Of a stretch of DNA of 64,000 nucleotides, positions 17,775-27,601 are shown one piece after another. The notes below the pieces were generated by a model, which saw nothing but the letters and a program-made list of their open reading frames with translations, did no database searches and was not told the DNA's origin. The stretch is from the NCBI GenBank assembly GCA_965263355.1, contig CBDHHL010000026.1, positions 1 to 64,000 on the forward strand, written 5' to 3'. The DNA comes from Leptolyngbyaceae cyanobacterium. GTDB taxonomy: Bacteria; Cyanobacteriota; Cyanobacteriia; Phormidesmidales; Phormidesmidaceae. The first letter of the stretch is position 1; each line of letters begins with the position of its first letter. The translations under genes and the position numbers were made by a program.

Positions 17775-20378
17775 TTAATCTTCATCGTTTGAAGTATCCA
17801 AAGAATGATTTGTTTTGCTTTGCCCCTTTAATAAAGGCATTCGCTCTAAGATTTGAGTTATTAGCTCAACAAAATCCTTTGAGGATATCTTGTCCTCTTG
17901 CATAAATTGTGAAATTCGAATAAAACCAAATATCAGCAATGTCCCAATGATGATAAATGGAAGTATTGGAGATTTAACAAAGCCGCTCACAACTGTCAAA
18001 ATAGCGACAATAGCTGCTAGCATAAACAGATCGAAAAATCTGGATGGCCAACCATTGGTCGTTCCACGGGGTGAATTAGGCCTCGAAATTCGAGGTGGCA
18101 CAAGTAGCCGTTCACCTTTTCGAATTTCGAGACGTTCTTCCCTACCTTGAGGTGTTTCGATACCTGTTAGCAAGTCTTCTACCCGCACCATCTTTCGGGT
18201 TCCAGAAGGCATGAACTCTTGTATGCCTTCCGCTTCCATGTCAAGCAGGTGGGTGTAATCTACTAGTACATTAGGATTACTAGGCAACGGAACTTTTTCT
18301 TCGACCTCAATACCAGGAATGCTGCAGTGGATATAATCAAACTGGTCACGGATACTTTCGAGCAGGATGCGACGATCAATGAGAGTGCCTTTAGGGGGAC
18401 TTTTGACCCAAACAAAAATCTTACGGTCTTCTTTGTCAGCTTTAACTAGGGCTTTGGTTCCCCCTCTCACCAGCACTACCCCGTTACGCCAGTAGGTACG
18501 TTTCGAGATGAGATGATTCATACGTACTATGAAGCGGGAGATAATGCTACTAGGGAGAATATTGTAATGGTACTGGAAAGGTAGTGCTTCTTCCCAGTTT
18601 CCTGTTTCAGATTCTTCTTTGCTAAGCAGGTCGGGCAACAGATAACGATGGTCATCTTCGTATCCTTCTAGAGGAAAGCACAGCTCAAACTTCCGCATAA
18701 TGTTGAGAATGAACAAGTGCTTTTCAATAGGATACCGATGGGCATCCAGGATACGGCGAAGCATAGAGCGTCTCAGGATGCCCTTATGTTGAGTCATGAG
18801 AGCGTTGTCGTTAAGGATAGAATAAACGCCGTCGGTTACCCACTGGGGGTTAAGCACACTATCTTGTTGGAGCCGAGGATCGTCCCGGAAGTTGAGGACA
18901 ATGCCCAGGTCATGCAAAAAACTAATCAGAATCTTCTGACTCTGGTCATCATTCACCTTCTGACTTGCACAGATTTGCTGGTACTGATGATACTCGATGT
19001 AATCAACATCCAGTTGTTCGAGCTGGGTTTTCACAGAAAACCAGGAATGGGGCAGGGTATCGAAGACGTGAGGCAGATCAGCAATTTGTTGCTGAATCTT
19101 TCGTTCCAGTTGCTTGATACCTCGGTGGGCAAAGTCACTGCAGGAAGTCTCGATGAATCCGACAATATTGGGATATTTGTTTTTCAACCCCCGACGATCG
19201 ATATCCAAAGGTTTTTGATCTACCTGATTGCCTACGACGATAATTGGGGAATCTCCGCCAAAGCTACGGATAATTTTGAGCCAGTATTCAATTCGGTTGG
19301 CAGTTTCGTCTTGACGAGCATTTAGCACCAATAGATAGAGACTGCGCTTGGTGAGAAAAAACTGATGGGTGGCATGCATGATTTCCTGGCCGCCAAAGTC
19401 CCATATATTGAGCTTAACAGTTTGGTTGTTTGCTTTGATTGGCCATTCAGTGATGTTGATTCCTTCAGTTATCCTTTCGTTCGCGTCAAATGTATTATCG
19501 ATCAGCCGCTTCACCAGCGAAGTCTTACCTACCTTTGCCTCTCCTACCAACAGCATCTTCGCCTCATTAAGTAGGCGCGACCTTTTTGCACAGTTCTGCA
19601 AGTAGTAGTTGATGATAGTGGCAGGGTCGAAGGCTTTTTCTAGGATTTCAGGTGGAATGGGCAAGGGATTCTTGCGGAGGTCCAGTTTTGACAGATCTTT
19701 CAGCTGACCAATTTCGGTAGGCAGATTGCCCAGTTGGGTCTTGCTCAGGTCGAGTTCTGATAGATTTTGAAGTTGGCCGATTTCGGCAGGCAAATTGCTC
19801 AGTTGGGTCTTGCTCAGGTCGAGTACTGATAGATTTTGAAGTTGACCGATTTCGGCAGGCAAACTGCTCAGTTGGGTCTCGCTGAGGTTGAGCCGAAATA
19901 GATTTTGAAGTTGGCCGATTTCAGCAGGCAAACTGCTCAGTTGGGTCTCGCTGAGGTCAAGTACTGATAGCTTTTGAAGTTGGACAATTTCGGCAGGCAG
20001 ACTGCTCAGTTGATTTGCGCTGAGGTCAAGTACTGATAGCTCCTGCAGCTGGCTAATTTCGGCAGGCAAACTGCTCAGTTGGTTCGCACCGAGGTTGAGC
20101 CGAGATAAATTTTGCAATTGACCGATTTCGGTGGGTAAGCTATCCAGCTGGTTTGCACTGAGGTCAAGTACTGACAGATTTTGAAGTTGGCCGATTTCGG
20201 CAGGCAGAGCCTTAAGTTTATTGCCCTTAAAAAGGCTTCCCAAAATTAATGTTTCAAGTTTAGTCAGACTACCGATTTCAGGTGGCAATTCTACAAGCTC
20301 ATTGCCCGATAAGTCCAATTCTGTTGCACCTTCGTTTGCGGCTTGCTCAATTACTCGCAATAGCTCATCTTGCGTCAT
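17775..20378 (-). CDS. Roco protein: LRR-Roc GTPase-COR with C-terminal TM helices
   Basis: 23-aa LRRs (LPAEIGQLQNLSVLDLS), GEAKVGKTS, WDFGGQ, NQVD, COR (LHDLGIVLNF, LNPQWVT, YWRNGV). Confidence 0.95.
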   Translation of the reverse strand: MTQDELLRVIEQAANEGATELDLSGNELVELPPEIGSLTKLETLILGSLFKGNKLKALPAEIGQLQNLSVLDLSANQLDSLPTEIGQLQNLSRLNLGANQLSSLPAEISQLQELSVLDLSANQLSSLPAEIVQLQKLSVLDLSETQLSSLPAEIGQLQNLFRLNLSETQLSSLPAEIGQLQNLSVLDLSKTQLSNLPAEIGQLQNLSELDLSKTQLGNLPTEIGQLKDLSKLDLRKNPLPIPPEILEKAFDPATIINYYLQNCAKRSRLLNEAKMLLVGEAKVGKTSLVKRLIDNTFDANERITEGINITEWPIKANNQTVKLNIWDFGGQEIMHATHQFFLTKRSLYLLVLNARQDETANRIEYWLKIIRSFGGDSPIIVVGNQVDQKPLDIDRRGLKNKYPNIVGFIETSCSDFAHRGIKQLERKIQQQIADLPHVFDTLPHSWFSVKTQLEQLDVDYIEYHQYQQICASQKVNDDQSQKILISFLHDLGIVLNFRDDPRLQQDSVLNPQWVTDGVYSILNDNALMTQHKGILRRSMLRRILDAHRYPIEKHLFILNIMRKFELCFPLEGYEDDHRYLLPDLLSKEESETGNWEEALPFQYHYNILPSSIISRFIVRMNHLISKRTYWRNGVVLVRGGTKALVKADKEDRKIFVWVKSPPKGTLIDRRILLESIRDQFDYIHCSIPGIEVEEKVPLPSNPNVLVDYTHLLDMEAEGIQEFMPSGTRKMVRVEDLLTGIETPQGREERLEIRKGERLLVPPRISRPNSPRGTTNGWPSRFFDLFMLAAIVAILTVVSGFVKSPILPFIIIGTLLIFGFIRISQFMQEDKISSKDFVELITQILERMPLLKGQSKTNHSLDTSNDED

Positions 20379-20523
20379 GGGACTGCCCCGTATTTTCTCA
20401 AAATCTTGGCATCTACAGTTGATTTATCATATGAGCATAGTATTGGTTAACTACCTTTAGCGTGTGACCTAATACATACATCCGCAACCTAAGGGGAGTG
20501 CGCCACGCCTCAATAGTTTTATT

Positions 20524-20664
20524 GCGATCGCTACCGCTAAAAAATAGCTTCCTGATACGAACCATCCTTTAAAGTCAGCACCATTACGACTTGCTGCTCT
20601 GGATCTATCAGCCAATATTCTGGGATCTCACGCACCTCATACTGATCACTCCTTTCTTCGTAGT
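20524..20664 (-). pseudogene. Diverged fragment of the Uma2 gene
   Basis: Aligns by eye with 22131-22270; begins at a HIP1 site GCGATCGC. Confidence 0.85.
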
Positions 20665-20684
20665 TACAACTTTCTGCTCAAACT

Positions 20685-21116
20685 CTAGCGAGGTTTCAGC
20701 AACTTCAGTAATTGAGTTCTCGATTGCCATCCCCGAACAAGTCCTCGCTTATAAACCTTGGCAATGAAGGGCTGAGAATTACCCTGGGAAAACCGTTGCA
20801 TGCTAGATAATGCCGCCACAAAAATGTCTGCCATTTCTGGCCCCGTCAAATTAGCCGAGTAAAGCACAAAAACTCGTGCACCAGAAGCCGCTACTGCCAT
20901 TTGCTCCAACACCCTACGACCAATGGCATCATCTTTGGTCAAAATAAGCCATCCACGTTTCCCAACGACGGGTAGCCATTCAACATCCAAAGCCTCGGGA
21001 GGAAAATGATCGTCATGGATTTCCACAGTTGCCCCAGCCTTACGCATAGCTTCCGCAACGGACCTTCTACCCAAAGCCCGATCAACAAAGAAAACTGGCT
21101 TATTCTTTTTACTCAC
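20685..21116 (-). CDS. VapC45-like PIN-domain toxin
   Basis: FFVDRALG, DVEWLPVVGKRGWLILTKD; overlaps the antitoxin stop. Confidence 0.85.
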   Translation of the reverse strand: MSKKNKPVFFVDRALGRRSVAEAMRKAGATVEIHDDHFPPEALDVEWLPVVGKRGWLILTKDDAIGRRVLEQMAVAASGARVFVLYSANLTGPEMADIFVAALSSMQRFSQGNSQPFIAKVYKRGLVRGWQSRTQLLKLLKPR

Positions 21117-21820
21117 GCCGCCTTAGACAACGTCAATTCGTAGCGCAGCACTTCCTCCAGTTGCTGACGGCTAAACCCATAATCATCCGCCAGGGACTCC
21201 ATATCCTCCCCAGCCCTGAAGCGGTCAATAATCACATCAGCAGGAATGCCTGTATTGATCACCACAGGCCGACCAAACGAAATACGCGGATCAATAACCA
21301 GCACCCGAGGCGCATCAGCCTTCTGTACCTGGATCAACGGAAATAGTCGCTGTGCCAACCCTTCTTCATCCCACTCAATCCGCTCCAGCAAATGCTGTAG
21401 GGTCTTTTGCATCGCCAGTTGCCCATCCCTGGAAGCATTAATCAACTTACCGACCGACTCAACAAACAGATCCACACCATCAGTCTGAAATTGAACACGG
21501 GCCAGGGGATGAGGTAACCCAAACTTTTGCTCCACATAATCCAGAGCAGTACGTACTTTATCCAGACGCACCTTATGATCCTGACGAATCACCCTTAAAA
21601 CGTGAGCTTCCACCAGGTTAGTAAACGAAAGCTGTGAACTATCAGGATCTGGCAAGGAGATCAACGGTTCAAAATACTTCGTGCCACCAGCCGTTGGATA
21701 TGCCCGTCCATGTAGCCATGACCCTAGCGTCCTTCTTGGAATCGTTAGGTAGCGAGCTGCATCAGCAACTGTATAAGTTGCCACGTTGCGGATATCTACC
21801 TGGTCATAGGTAAAGGTCAT
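21113..21820 (-). CDS. VapB45-like HTH + DUF433 antitoxin
   Basis: YTVADAARYL, LSFTNLVEAHVL, IDPRISFGRPV...LADDYG. Confidence 0.9.
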   Translation of the reverse strand: MTFTYDQVDIRNVATYTVADAARYLTIPRRTLGSWLHGRAYPTAGGTKYFEPLISLPDPDSSQLSFTNLVEAHVLRVIRQDHKVRLDKVRTALDYVEQKFGLPHPLARVQFQTDGVDLFVESVGKLINASRDGQLAMQKTLQHLLERIEWDEEGLAQRLFPLIQVQKADAPRVLVIDPRISFGRPVVINTGIPADVIIDRFRAGEDMESLADDYGFSRQQLEEVLRYELTLSKAA

Positions 21821-22064
21821 AAACCTGGAGCTAAATCTACCTGAAATTTACACTACATCTTATATATCGACTACCACACACCTTAGCGGCTTCACCTAAA
21901 TGCAGGCTGCTCCGCCATGGCAACGATCGCCAAATCGAGACTAATACGAATGTTCCCTAATTAATATACTCGGCTAAAGACATCGCCAATACTGACAGTG
22001 GCTTCGCTGACGGAATATGGAAGTAATTCTTGACATCCCTGTAAAGTCCCAAGTCACTGATGAC

Positions 22065-22655
22065 CTACTCAGGTGGGTTCAAGACCTGTTCAGCAGTCAG
22101 GGCAAAATCTGGAAATGTAGAGGAAACGATGCGATCGCTACCGCTAAAACTAGCTTCCTGATACGAACCATCCTTTAAAGTCAGTACCATTACGGCTTGC
22201 TGCTCCGGGTCTATCAGCCAGTATTCTGGAATCTCCCGTGCCTCATACTGATCACGCTTTTCCTCGTAGTCGCGATCTCGATTGACCTTACCTGGACTCA
22301 CCACCTCCACAACCAACACAGGCGGAGGCATATCCAAACGAATTGTCAGTCGCTTCTGAGTCAGCTCAATATGCTCCGGTCGTAGAATGACCAAATCAGG
22401 AAACCGATTACGAGCCTGCTTTGGCTTAAGGACAGGCACCTCCAGCTCACAACTATAGCGATGGGTAAGCCGAGGCTTAATCAATCCCGCATTAATGAAA
22501 TAGAGCTGGAGCGCAAACGAAATCCATGCATTCAGTTCAGATTCCGTTGGCATTTCCACCAGCACTCCATCAATCCACTCATAACGACTATCCGTCCCAT
22601 CGTCATAGGTCAGATAGTCTTCAAAGGTCATCCTAGATTTAGCTTCAGTAGGCAT
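22065..22655 (-). CDS. Uma2-family endonuclease-fold protein
   Basis: MTFEDYL, RYEWIDG, RFPDLVIL, LVVEVVSPG, DYEEKR..Y....IPEYWLIDP; start at 22655 or 22703. Confidence 0.9.
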   Translation of the reverse strand: MPTEAKSRMTFEDYLTYDDGTDSRYEWIDGVLVEMPTESELNAWISFALQLYFINAGLIKPRLTHRYSCELEVPVLKPKQARNRFPDLVILRPEHIELTQKRLTIRLDMPPPVLVVEVVSPGKVNRDRDYEEKRDQYEAREIPEYWLIDPEQQAVMVLTLKDGSYQEASFSGSDRIVSSTFPDFALTAEQVLNPPE

Positions 22656-22939
22656 AGGATTTACCCTCAGGATTAAGCCTGGTTCAATTTGAACCGTAGC
22701 CATCTGCTCACTTTCGAGCATCGAATTAGGTACATCTATTCTATAGCCGCTTATCATACGGCAGCAATCATGCCCCCTACTACACATGAGTAGGTGCCGT
22801 CATCGTCCAAAAACTACCCAAGGACTGTAAACTTAGTTGGGGCAATTTTGGCCCAAAATAGGTACAATTTGGGTATGATGCTTTTCAATGCTTCTCCAAA
22901 ATCCTTTGACAACAAGGATTACAGCTCTATCGAATATGG

Positions 22940-22985
22940 CCTTGGGGTAGTAGGGGGCGTGGGTTCAAATCCCGCCGCTCCGATT
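22940..22985 (+). repeat. att site: 3' half of tRNA-Pro(GGG), copy 2
   Basis: Identical to 1025-1070 except one T>G; followed by an AAACCTCT/GGGGGTTT hairpin. Confidence 0.9.
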
Positions 22986-23301
22986 AACTGAAACCTCTTA
23001 TGTATGGGGGGTTTTGTCGTATCTAGGGTTAGTGGCTTAGTAAAGCGGTTTAACGCTAGTCGGGGGCAAATGAGGAGTCGTGCAAGAACTCACACTAAGA
23101 CGGAATCGATACTTCACGCGAGACCATCCCAAATACTATGAACAGAGCGGCGACCGGAGCAATCGCCCTACGGATGTTTGTCAAGGAAATGAAGGAATTA
23201 AGTGAGGACAGGCTAATGTTCTCTGACTATGCGAAAAAAGATTAATACTAGAGATGTTTCCAATATCTCCAGTATTAACCTCTCTAATCTCAGGTTTAGC
23301 C

Positions 23302-23445
23302 CTACATCAGACCCAACTGGGATAGGATGCCTTGACCAGTCATTAGCTCAGTAGCGAGACCAATCACGAAACCTAGCATAGCCAAGCGGCCATTCCAGTT
23401 TTCGGCGAGCTGAGTAAAACCAAACTTTCCGCTTTCTTCTGCCAT
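23302..23445 (-). CDS. hli: High-light-inducible protein (HLIP/SCP), 47 aa; not in the ORF track
   Basis: MAEESGKFGFTQLAENWNGRLAMLGFVIGLATELMTGQGILSQLGLM with the chlorophyll-binding ExxNGRxAM motif; downstream hairpin at about 23240-23280. Confidence 0.95.
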   Translation of the reverse strand: MAEESGKFGFTQLAENWNGRLAMLGFVIGLATELMTGQGILSQLGLM

Positions 23446-23537
23446 GATTTGAAGTCCTTCAGACGAAACGTTCAGGTGGGTTGCACCTTACGACAGCAGT
23501 TTCGCCACACAGCCAGCCATACTGTCTAGATTTGGGG

Positions 23538-23900
23538 CTAGAAAATCTGGAGAACAGATCGAGTTGAAATGCCGACCCCCACTGAAGTAATGACGATTGC
23601 GCTCAGGGTTGGCAGCCACCGCAGCAATGGCGAACTCGACACGGGTAGATGCTGAAAGAGCTGCTTGGCATAGACTAGCAACAACCCCAGTCCAGTAAGA
23701 ACGCAGGCTAGCCCTAGGCTGAACGCGAACACCAGCAGTAAGCCAGATCCTGGATTTCCGAGAGAGATTGCGCCCAGCAGCAGCACCAAGGCCGCCGGAC
23801 AGGGTACCAATCCTCCGGATAGACCCAGCATGAGTAAACTGCGCCAGGTAACGGGCGTACCATCAGCGCCAGGAGGAAGGTGTGAGTGGGTGTGTATCAA
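23538..23900 (-). pseudogene. C-terminal fragment of an RcnA/NiCoT-like Ni/Co transporter
   Basis: HTHSH...GLSGGLVPCPAALVLLL...FSLGLA; the N-terminal half with PGHGK is missing. Confidence 0.75.
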
Positions 23901-23915
23901 TGGTTGCTGGTATGG

Positions 23916-24743
23916 CTACGACTCGGAACGTACGTGGTGCATCTCAACATGGGGGATCAGAGAATGGGGCTTTTCTAAACCGTGGGTTTCCATCAGGACT
24001 TGATCGCCCATCACGTCAGCAGGAGCACCATCCGCCACAATCCGACCTTCGTCAATGAGCAGCACACGATCGCACACTTCTAGCAAGAACTCTAAATCGT
24101 GGGACGCGAGCAGTAAGGTTTCGTCAGACTTTTGCAAAAACTTGATGAGTCGTCGTCGAGTACGCAAGTCCAGACTGGCCGTCGGTTCGTCGTACAGCAA
24201 AATGCGGGGACACATGGCCATCAGTCCCGCGATCGCTAACATTTGCTTTTCCCCGCCGGAGAGATGATGGGGAGGACGTCCGGCTAGAGCCTGGATGCCT
24301 GTCAGTTCCAATGCCGCTTCTACTCGCTCGTTGACTTCAGCGTCTGACAGCCCCAAGTTGAGCGGGCCAAAGGCAATATCATCACGTACAGAAGGCGAAA
24401 ACAGCTGATCTTCAGGGTCCTGAAATAGCAGCCCCAACTCGGAGCGAAACTGATTCGGTTCAACTAAGCGGTCAAACAAGTGAATCGTCCCGCTCTGAGG
24501 TTTTAACAAACCGCATAACAGCATGAACAGGGTGGTTTTGCCACAGCCGTTGTGACCAATGAGGCCGACCCGTTCCCCTTCGCGAATGATGAATTCAATA
24601 CTGTGCAGAATGTTAGGGTTTCCAGGATAAGAAAATGAGAGATCCTGCAGGGAGATCGCGACTTGGCGAGTCAGACTGGTAGCTATGGGAATTGATATTG
24701 CCGACGGCGTACTCGATAAGACGGAATTTGAAAACTGATTCAT
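23916..24743 (-). CDS. cbiO: ECF Co/Ni transporter ATPase
   Basis: GHNGCGKTT, FQDPEDQLF, LSGGEK, YDEPT, SHD. Confidence 0.9.
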   Translation of the reverse strand: MNQFSNSVLSSTPSAISIPIATSLTRQVAISLQDLSFSYPGNPNILHSIEFIIREGERVGLIGHNGCGKTTLFMLLCGLLKPQSGTIHLFDRLVEPNQFRSELGLLFQDPEDQLFSPSVRDDIAFGPLNLGLSDAEVNERVEAALELTGIQALAGRPPHHLSGGEKQMLAIAGLMAMCPRILLYDEPTASLDLRTRRRLIKFLQKSDETLLLASHDLEFLLEVCDRVLLIDEGRIVADGAPADVMGDQVLMETHGLEKPHSLIPHVEMHHVRSES

Positions 24744-25528
24744 AACGGTGGTAAGAGAACTTCACCAATCAAGAAACTCGCTGCCGCCAATAAGGTTAAC
24801 AATGTCGGCAGAATAAATGTTCTCCCTTCTGACGAAGCCGCCATTTTAGGAGACCGGGGAGAATTTTGCCCATAGCCCCGGAGGCGCATGGCCTTGTAAA
24901 CTCGCTGTGATTGTTCATAACTGCGTAAGAGCAGGCTGCCGAAGAGGGCCGCTAGCCAGCCCCACTGCCGCTGCATGGCTTGACGCGAGGAGCCATAGCC
25001 CCGCAGTTTCATCGCTTGTCGCATGGTTGCTAGCTGGCTGGCCATGTCAAACAGGTAGCGATAGGTCAATAAAGTCATATCGGTGAGTAAAGACGGAAAG
25101 CCCAGCGATCGCATCGTGTGCAGCAGGGTCAAAAACGGCGTGGTCCCCAACAGCACAAACCCAGTCGTTAAAATCGCTAAAAATCGCCCCGCAATTAACG
25201 CCGCCGTCTGTAGCCCCTCTAGCCGCAGCGTCAGCATGGACCACTGCCAGATTACCGTGGTGCCCGAGATCCAGGGCAATAGACCCACCATGGCCACAAT
25301 AAAAAGACCGGGATAGGGCAACCGTCGGCACAAATAAGTGAGCGGTAGCTGGGAAGCAATATAGAGCGCGATGACGACCCCAAAAACCCACGGCAGCAAT
25401 ACCAAATGGCGCACCATGGCAATGGCAAACATCAGCGTTAACAGACTGAGCAGTTTGGACCGCGTAGGCCAACGATGAATGATGGACTGCCCAGGGATAA
25501 AGACATCGGCATGAAGAGTAGCAGCCAT
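24740..25528 (-). CDS. cbiQ: ECF transmembrane T component
   Basis: LTYRYLF, AMKLRG, RSYEQSQRVYKAMRLRG. Confidence 0.9.
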   Translation of the reverse strand: MAATLHADVFIPGQSIIHRWPTRSKLLSLLTLMFAIAMVRHLVLLPWVFGVVIALYIASQLPLTYLCRRLPYPGLFIVAMVGLLPWISGTTVIWQWSMLTLRLEGLQTAALIAGRFLAILTTGFVLLGTTPFLTLLHTMRSLGFPSLLTDMTLLTYRYLFDMASQLATMRQAMKLRGYGSSRQAMQRQWGWLAALFGSLLLRSYEQSQRVYKAMRLRGYGQNSPRSPKMAASSEGRTFILPTLLTLLAAASFLIGEVLLPPL

Positions 25529-25532
25529 AAGA

Positions 25533-26177
25533 TTAACTTTCGAGCAGTTCCGGTTTAACGCGTCGTAAAAAGAAGCACAACAGCACCGCAAAGAGCCCCT
25601 CTAAAAAAATGAGAGGAATATGACCCACCATCAAAACGGTCAGGAAGTTTTGTTCGGTGCTCTGATCCAAGGTTGAAGGGATCGCAAAGACCACTAAGGC
25701 AAAAAAGATCAAGGCGGCCAGTCCAACGCCGATCGCGCCTGACAAAAAACCAAAGATCCCAAGAGCCAATTTGGGTGAGAGCACTTTGGCAAACCGGTGA
25801 CGGAGTTGAAAAAGCGGCCCTGCCAACAGAGCAGGCACCCCCACCATGACGACATTAACGCCTAAGGTGGTGAGACCGCCGTGGCCGAGCAAAATCGCTT
25901 GCAACAGTAAGCCAATCAAAATTGCAGGCCAGGCATACCAGCCCAAAACCATGCCCAGTAGACCGTTGAGCAGCGGGTGGACTGACACCGGCGGAATTGG
26001 CAGGCTGATGGCTGAGCCGACGAAGAAAGCAGCCGCTAGCAGCGACGCTTTGGGGACTTCTACTTGAGGATCGGAGGTTTTATGAATACGCTTTAAAGCC
26101 ACCCAGGTGATGCCCCCGGCGATCGCATATCCCGCAATGCACACGGGAGCAGGCAAGATACCATCGGGAATATGCAC
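25533..26177 (-). CDS. cbiM: ECF Co/Ni substrate component CbiM/NikM
   Basis: N-terminal MHIPDG, GHGGLTTLGVN. Confidence 0.95.
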   Translation of the reverse strand: MHIPDGILPAPVCIAGYAIAGGITWVALKRIHKTSDPQVEVPKASLLAAAFFVGSAISLPIPPVSVHPLLNGLLGMVLGWYAWPAILIGLLLQAILLGHGGLTTLGVNVVMVGVPALLAGPLFQLRHRFAKVLSPKLALGIFGFLSGAIGVGLAALIFFALVVFAIPSTLDQSTEQNFLTVLMVGHIPLIFLEGLFAVLLCFFLRRVKPELLES

Positions 26178-26647
26178 TATTGTTTACCTCGTCGCCAAAA
26201 GTACAAGGCTGTCCCCACACATCCCCAGGTGACAGCCCCAGCCACCACGATCCGCTGTAGTGGACTGAGGCCAGTATCATTCGTAAAACTGCTGGCAATC
26301 ATCCCCTCTGCCTCGACAGGAATCACAGCAATATCCCCATGTCCGGCTTGGCGTACGGCCACTTCCCAGTTGCCTGGAGCCGTGGGGATAAAGCTAAATT
26401 TGCCGTCGTCATCGGTTGTCCCGGTGTAAACCGGCGTTTGCGGATCATCCGGCGCAAACACTTGAACATCTGCGATCGCCATCGGTTGACCAGAATCATA
26501 AGCCGCTTGAATCTCCACTGCCGATGTCGTTCGTGCCTGGATGTGGGCACCGTGGGCAAAAGCGACAAGTGGTGTGCTGGCGATCGCGACTACTACCAAA
26601 CCACTATCGCGAATGCCCCGTTGAAGATTGGTAAGGAAACGCTTCAT
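26177..26647 (-). CDS. CbiL/NikL-like accessory protein
   Basis: Signal peptide ending AFA-HG, TGTTDDDGKFSF, AGHG, C-terminal TM. Confidence 0.75.
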   Translation of the reverse strand: MKRFLTNLQRGIRDSGLVVVAIASTPLVAFAHGAHIQARTTSAVEIQAAYDSGQPMAIADVQVFAPDDPQTPVYTGTTDDDGKFSFIPTAPGNWEVAVRQAGHGDIAVIPVEAEGMIASSFTNDTGLSPLQRIVVAGAVTWGCVGTALYFWRRGKQ

Positions 26648-26655
26648 TAGCGCCC

Positions 26656-27546
26656 CTACAACTGAGTTTCTTCGCAGTGCCCTTCTCCCACATGGCCGAG
26701 ACTGGGCAAAATTGACATCACGAGTTGATAGTCTTCTGTTGATAACTGCTCCTCCAGAGCCACCATATCGACTTCAAGGGTATTGCCATCGGCAATTGCT
26801 GCGAGCGGGTCAAAGCCTAGCGCCCCGGTGTTGATGTCATCGTCTGGAGGCGCTTCGCCATCACCAAAGAGATGATCAAAGTGAAAAGTCGCCTCTAAGT
26901 CAGCTTGTTGGTCAGCTTCCAAAATGCCCTTGCGTTCATCGCCGACAAAGTCACCACAGACAAACTCTAGAGTAGGGTCAAGTTTCATCGCAAATGCGAT
27001 TGTGTCATCCGCTTTAGTCGCGGTGCCTTCAATCCAGATGGTTTGGCCGCTGGTGGGGCCATCCGCCGCTGGCACCATTTTCCATGACAACGCATTATAG
27101 CGCCCTGCTGGAGCGGTGACAGATTTCACCAAAATCGGCTCGGCATTCTCGTCCCCGGCAGCTAGATCAAGCGTTACGGTTTCTTCAACCATGACCGTTT
27201 CAGTGGCTTCTGGCTGTCCCCCGGCTTCGGCGTCAAAAGGGGGATTGGTTTGGTAGGCCGTGACGTCGGCTAGGGTTACATAGACGTGATCAAAGTCGAT
27301 CTGCCAGCCATCTTTGGTAACAAATCCCTGACGGACAAAATCTTCCCCATTGGCTCGAACAGTCAATTCACCAGCGGCATCAGTAGTCTCTGCCGCATCG
27401 GATTCGGTTGTTTCTGAAGTTGGGGCACCGCAGGACAGCAACAGAATTGGTAGCGTCGCGGCGATCGCTGAGTGGACAAAGAACTTCAAATTAAGCACAG
27501 AGTAGATGTCGGTTATCGTGGACAAAGTTGCTAGCACTCCTTTCAC
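26656..27546 (-). CDS. DUF4382-like lipoprotein
   Basis: LLSC lipobox, ANGEDFVRQGF, TFHFDHLFGD, C-terminal LGHVGEGHC. Confidence 0.75.
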   Translation of the reverse strand: MKGVLATLSTITDIYSVLNLKFFVHSAIAATLPILLLSCGAPTSETTESDAAETTDAAGELTVRANGEDFVRQGFVTKDGWQIDFDHVYVTLADVTAYQTNPPFDAEAGGQPEATETVMVEETVTLDLAAGDENAEPILVKSVTAPAGRYNALSWKMVPAADGPTSGQTIWIEGTATKADDTIAFAMKLDPTLEFVCGDFVGDERKGILEADQQADLEATFHFDHLFGDGEAPPDDDINTGALGFDPLAAIADGNTLEVDMVALEEQLSTEDYQLVMSILPSLGHVGEGHCEETQL

Positions 27547-27582
27547 ATAACCATCAGTTAAGCTATCTCACCCAGCAAAAAC

Positions 27583-27601
27583 AATACCCCCTAGGGGTAT
27601 T
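27583..27601. promoter_or_regulatory. CsoR/RcnR (InrS-type) operator
   Basis: AATACCCCCTAGGGGTATT: C-tract/G-tract flanked by ATA/TAT, 37 bp upstream of the metal-transport operon. Confidence 0.75.

Larger units (their letters stand above)
1025..22985. mobile_element. ~22-kb genomic island integrated at tRNA-Pro(GGG); no integrase retained
   Basis: Bounded by 46-bp direct repeats (1 mismatch); content is IS, TA, ParM/FtsK and NLR/Roco genes. Confidence 0.85.

Noticed and set aside
18717..19325. 202-aa plus-strand ORF and similar antisense ORFs (e.g. 11828-12415, 42429-42830)
   Set aside because: Antisense shadows of well-supported genes with no motifs of their own.
22794..22991. 65-aa ORF
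   Set aside because: Reads through the att/tRNA fragment; no protein features.
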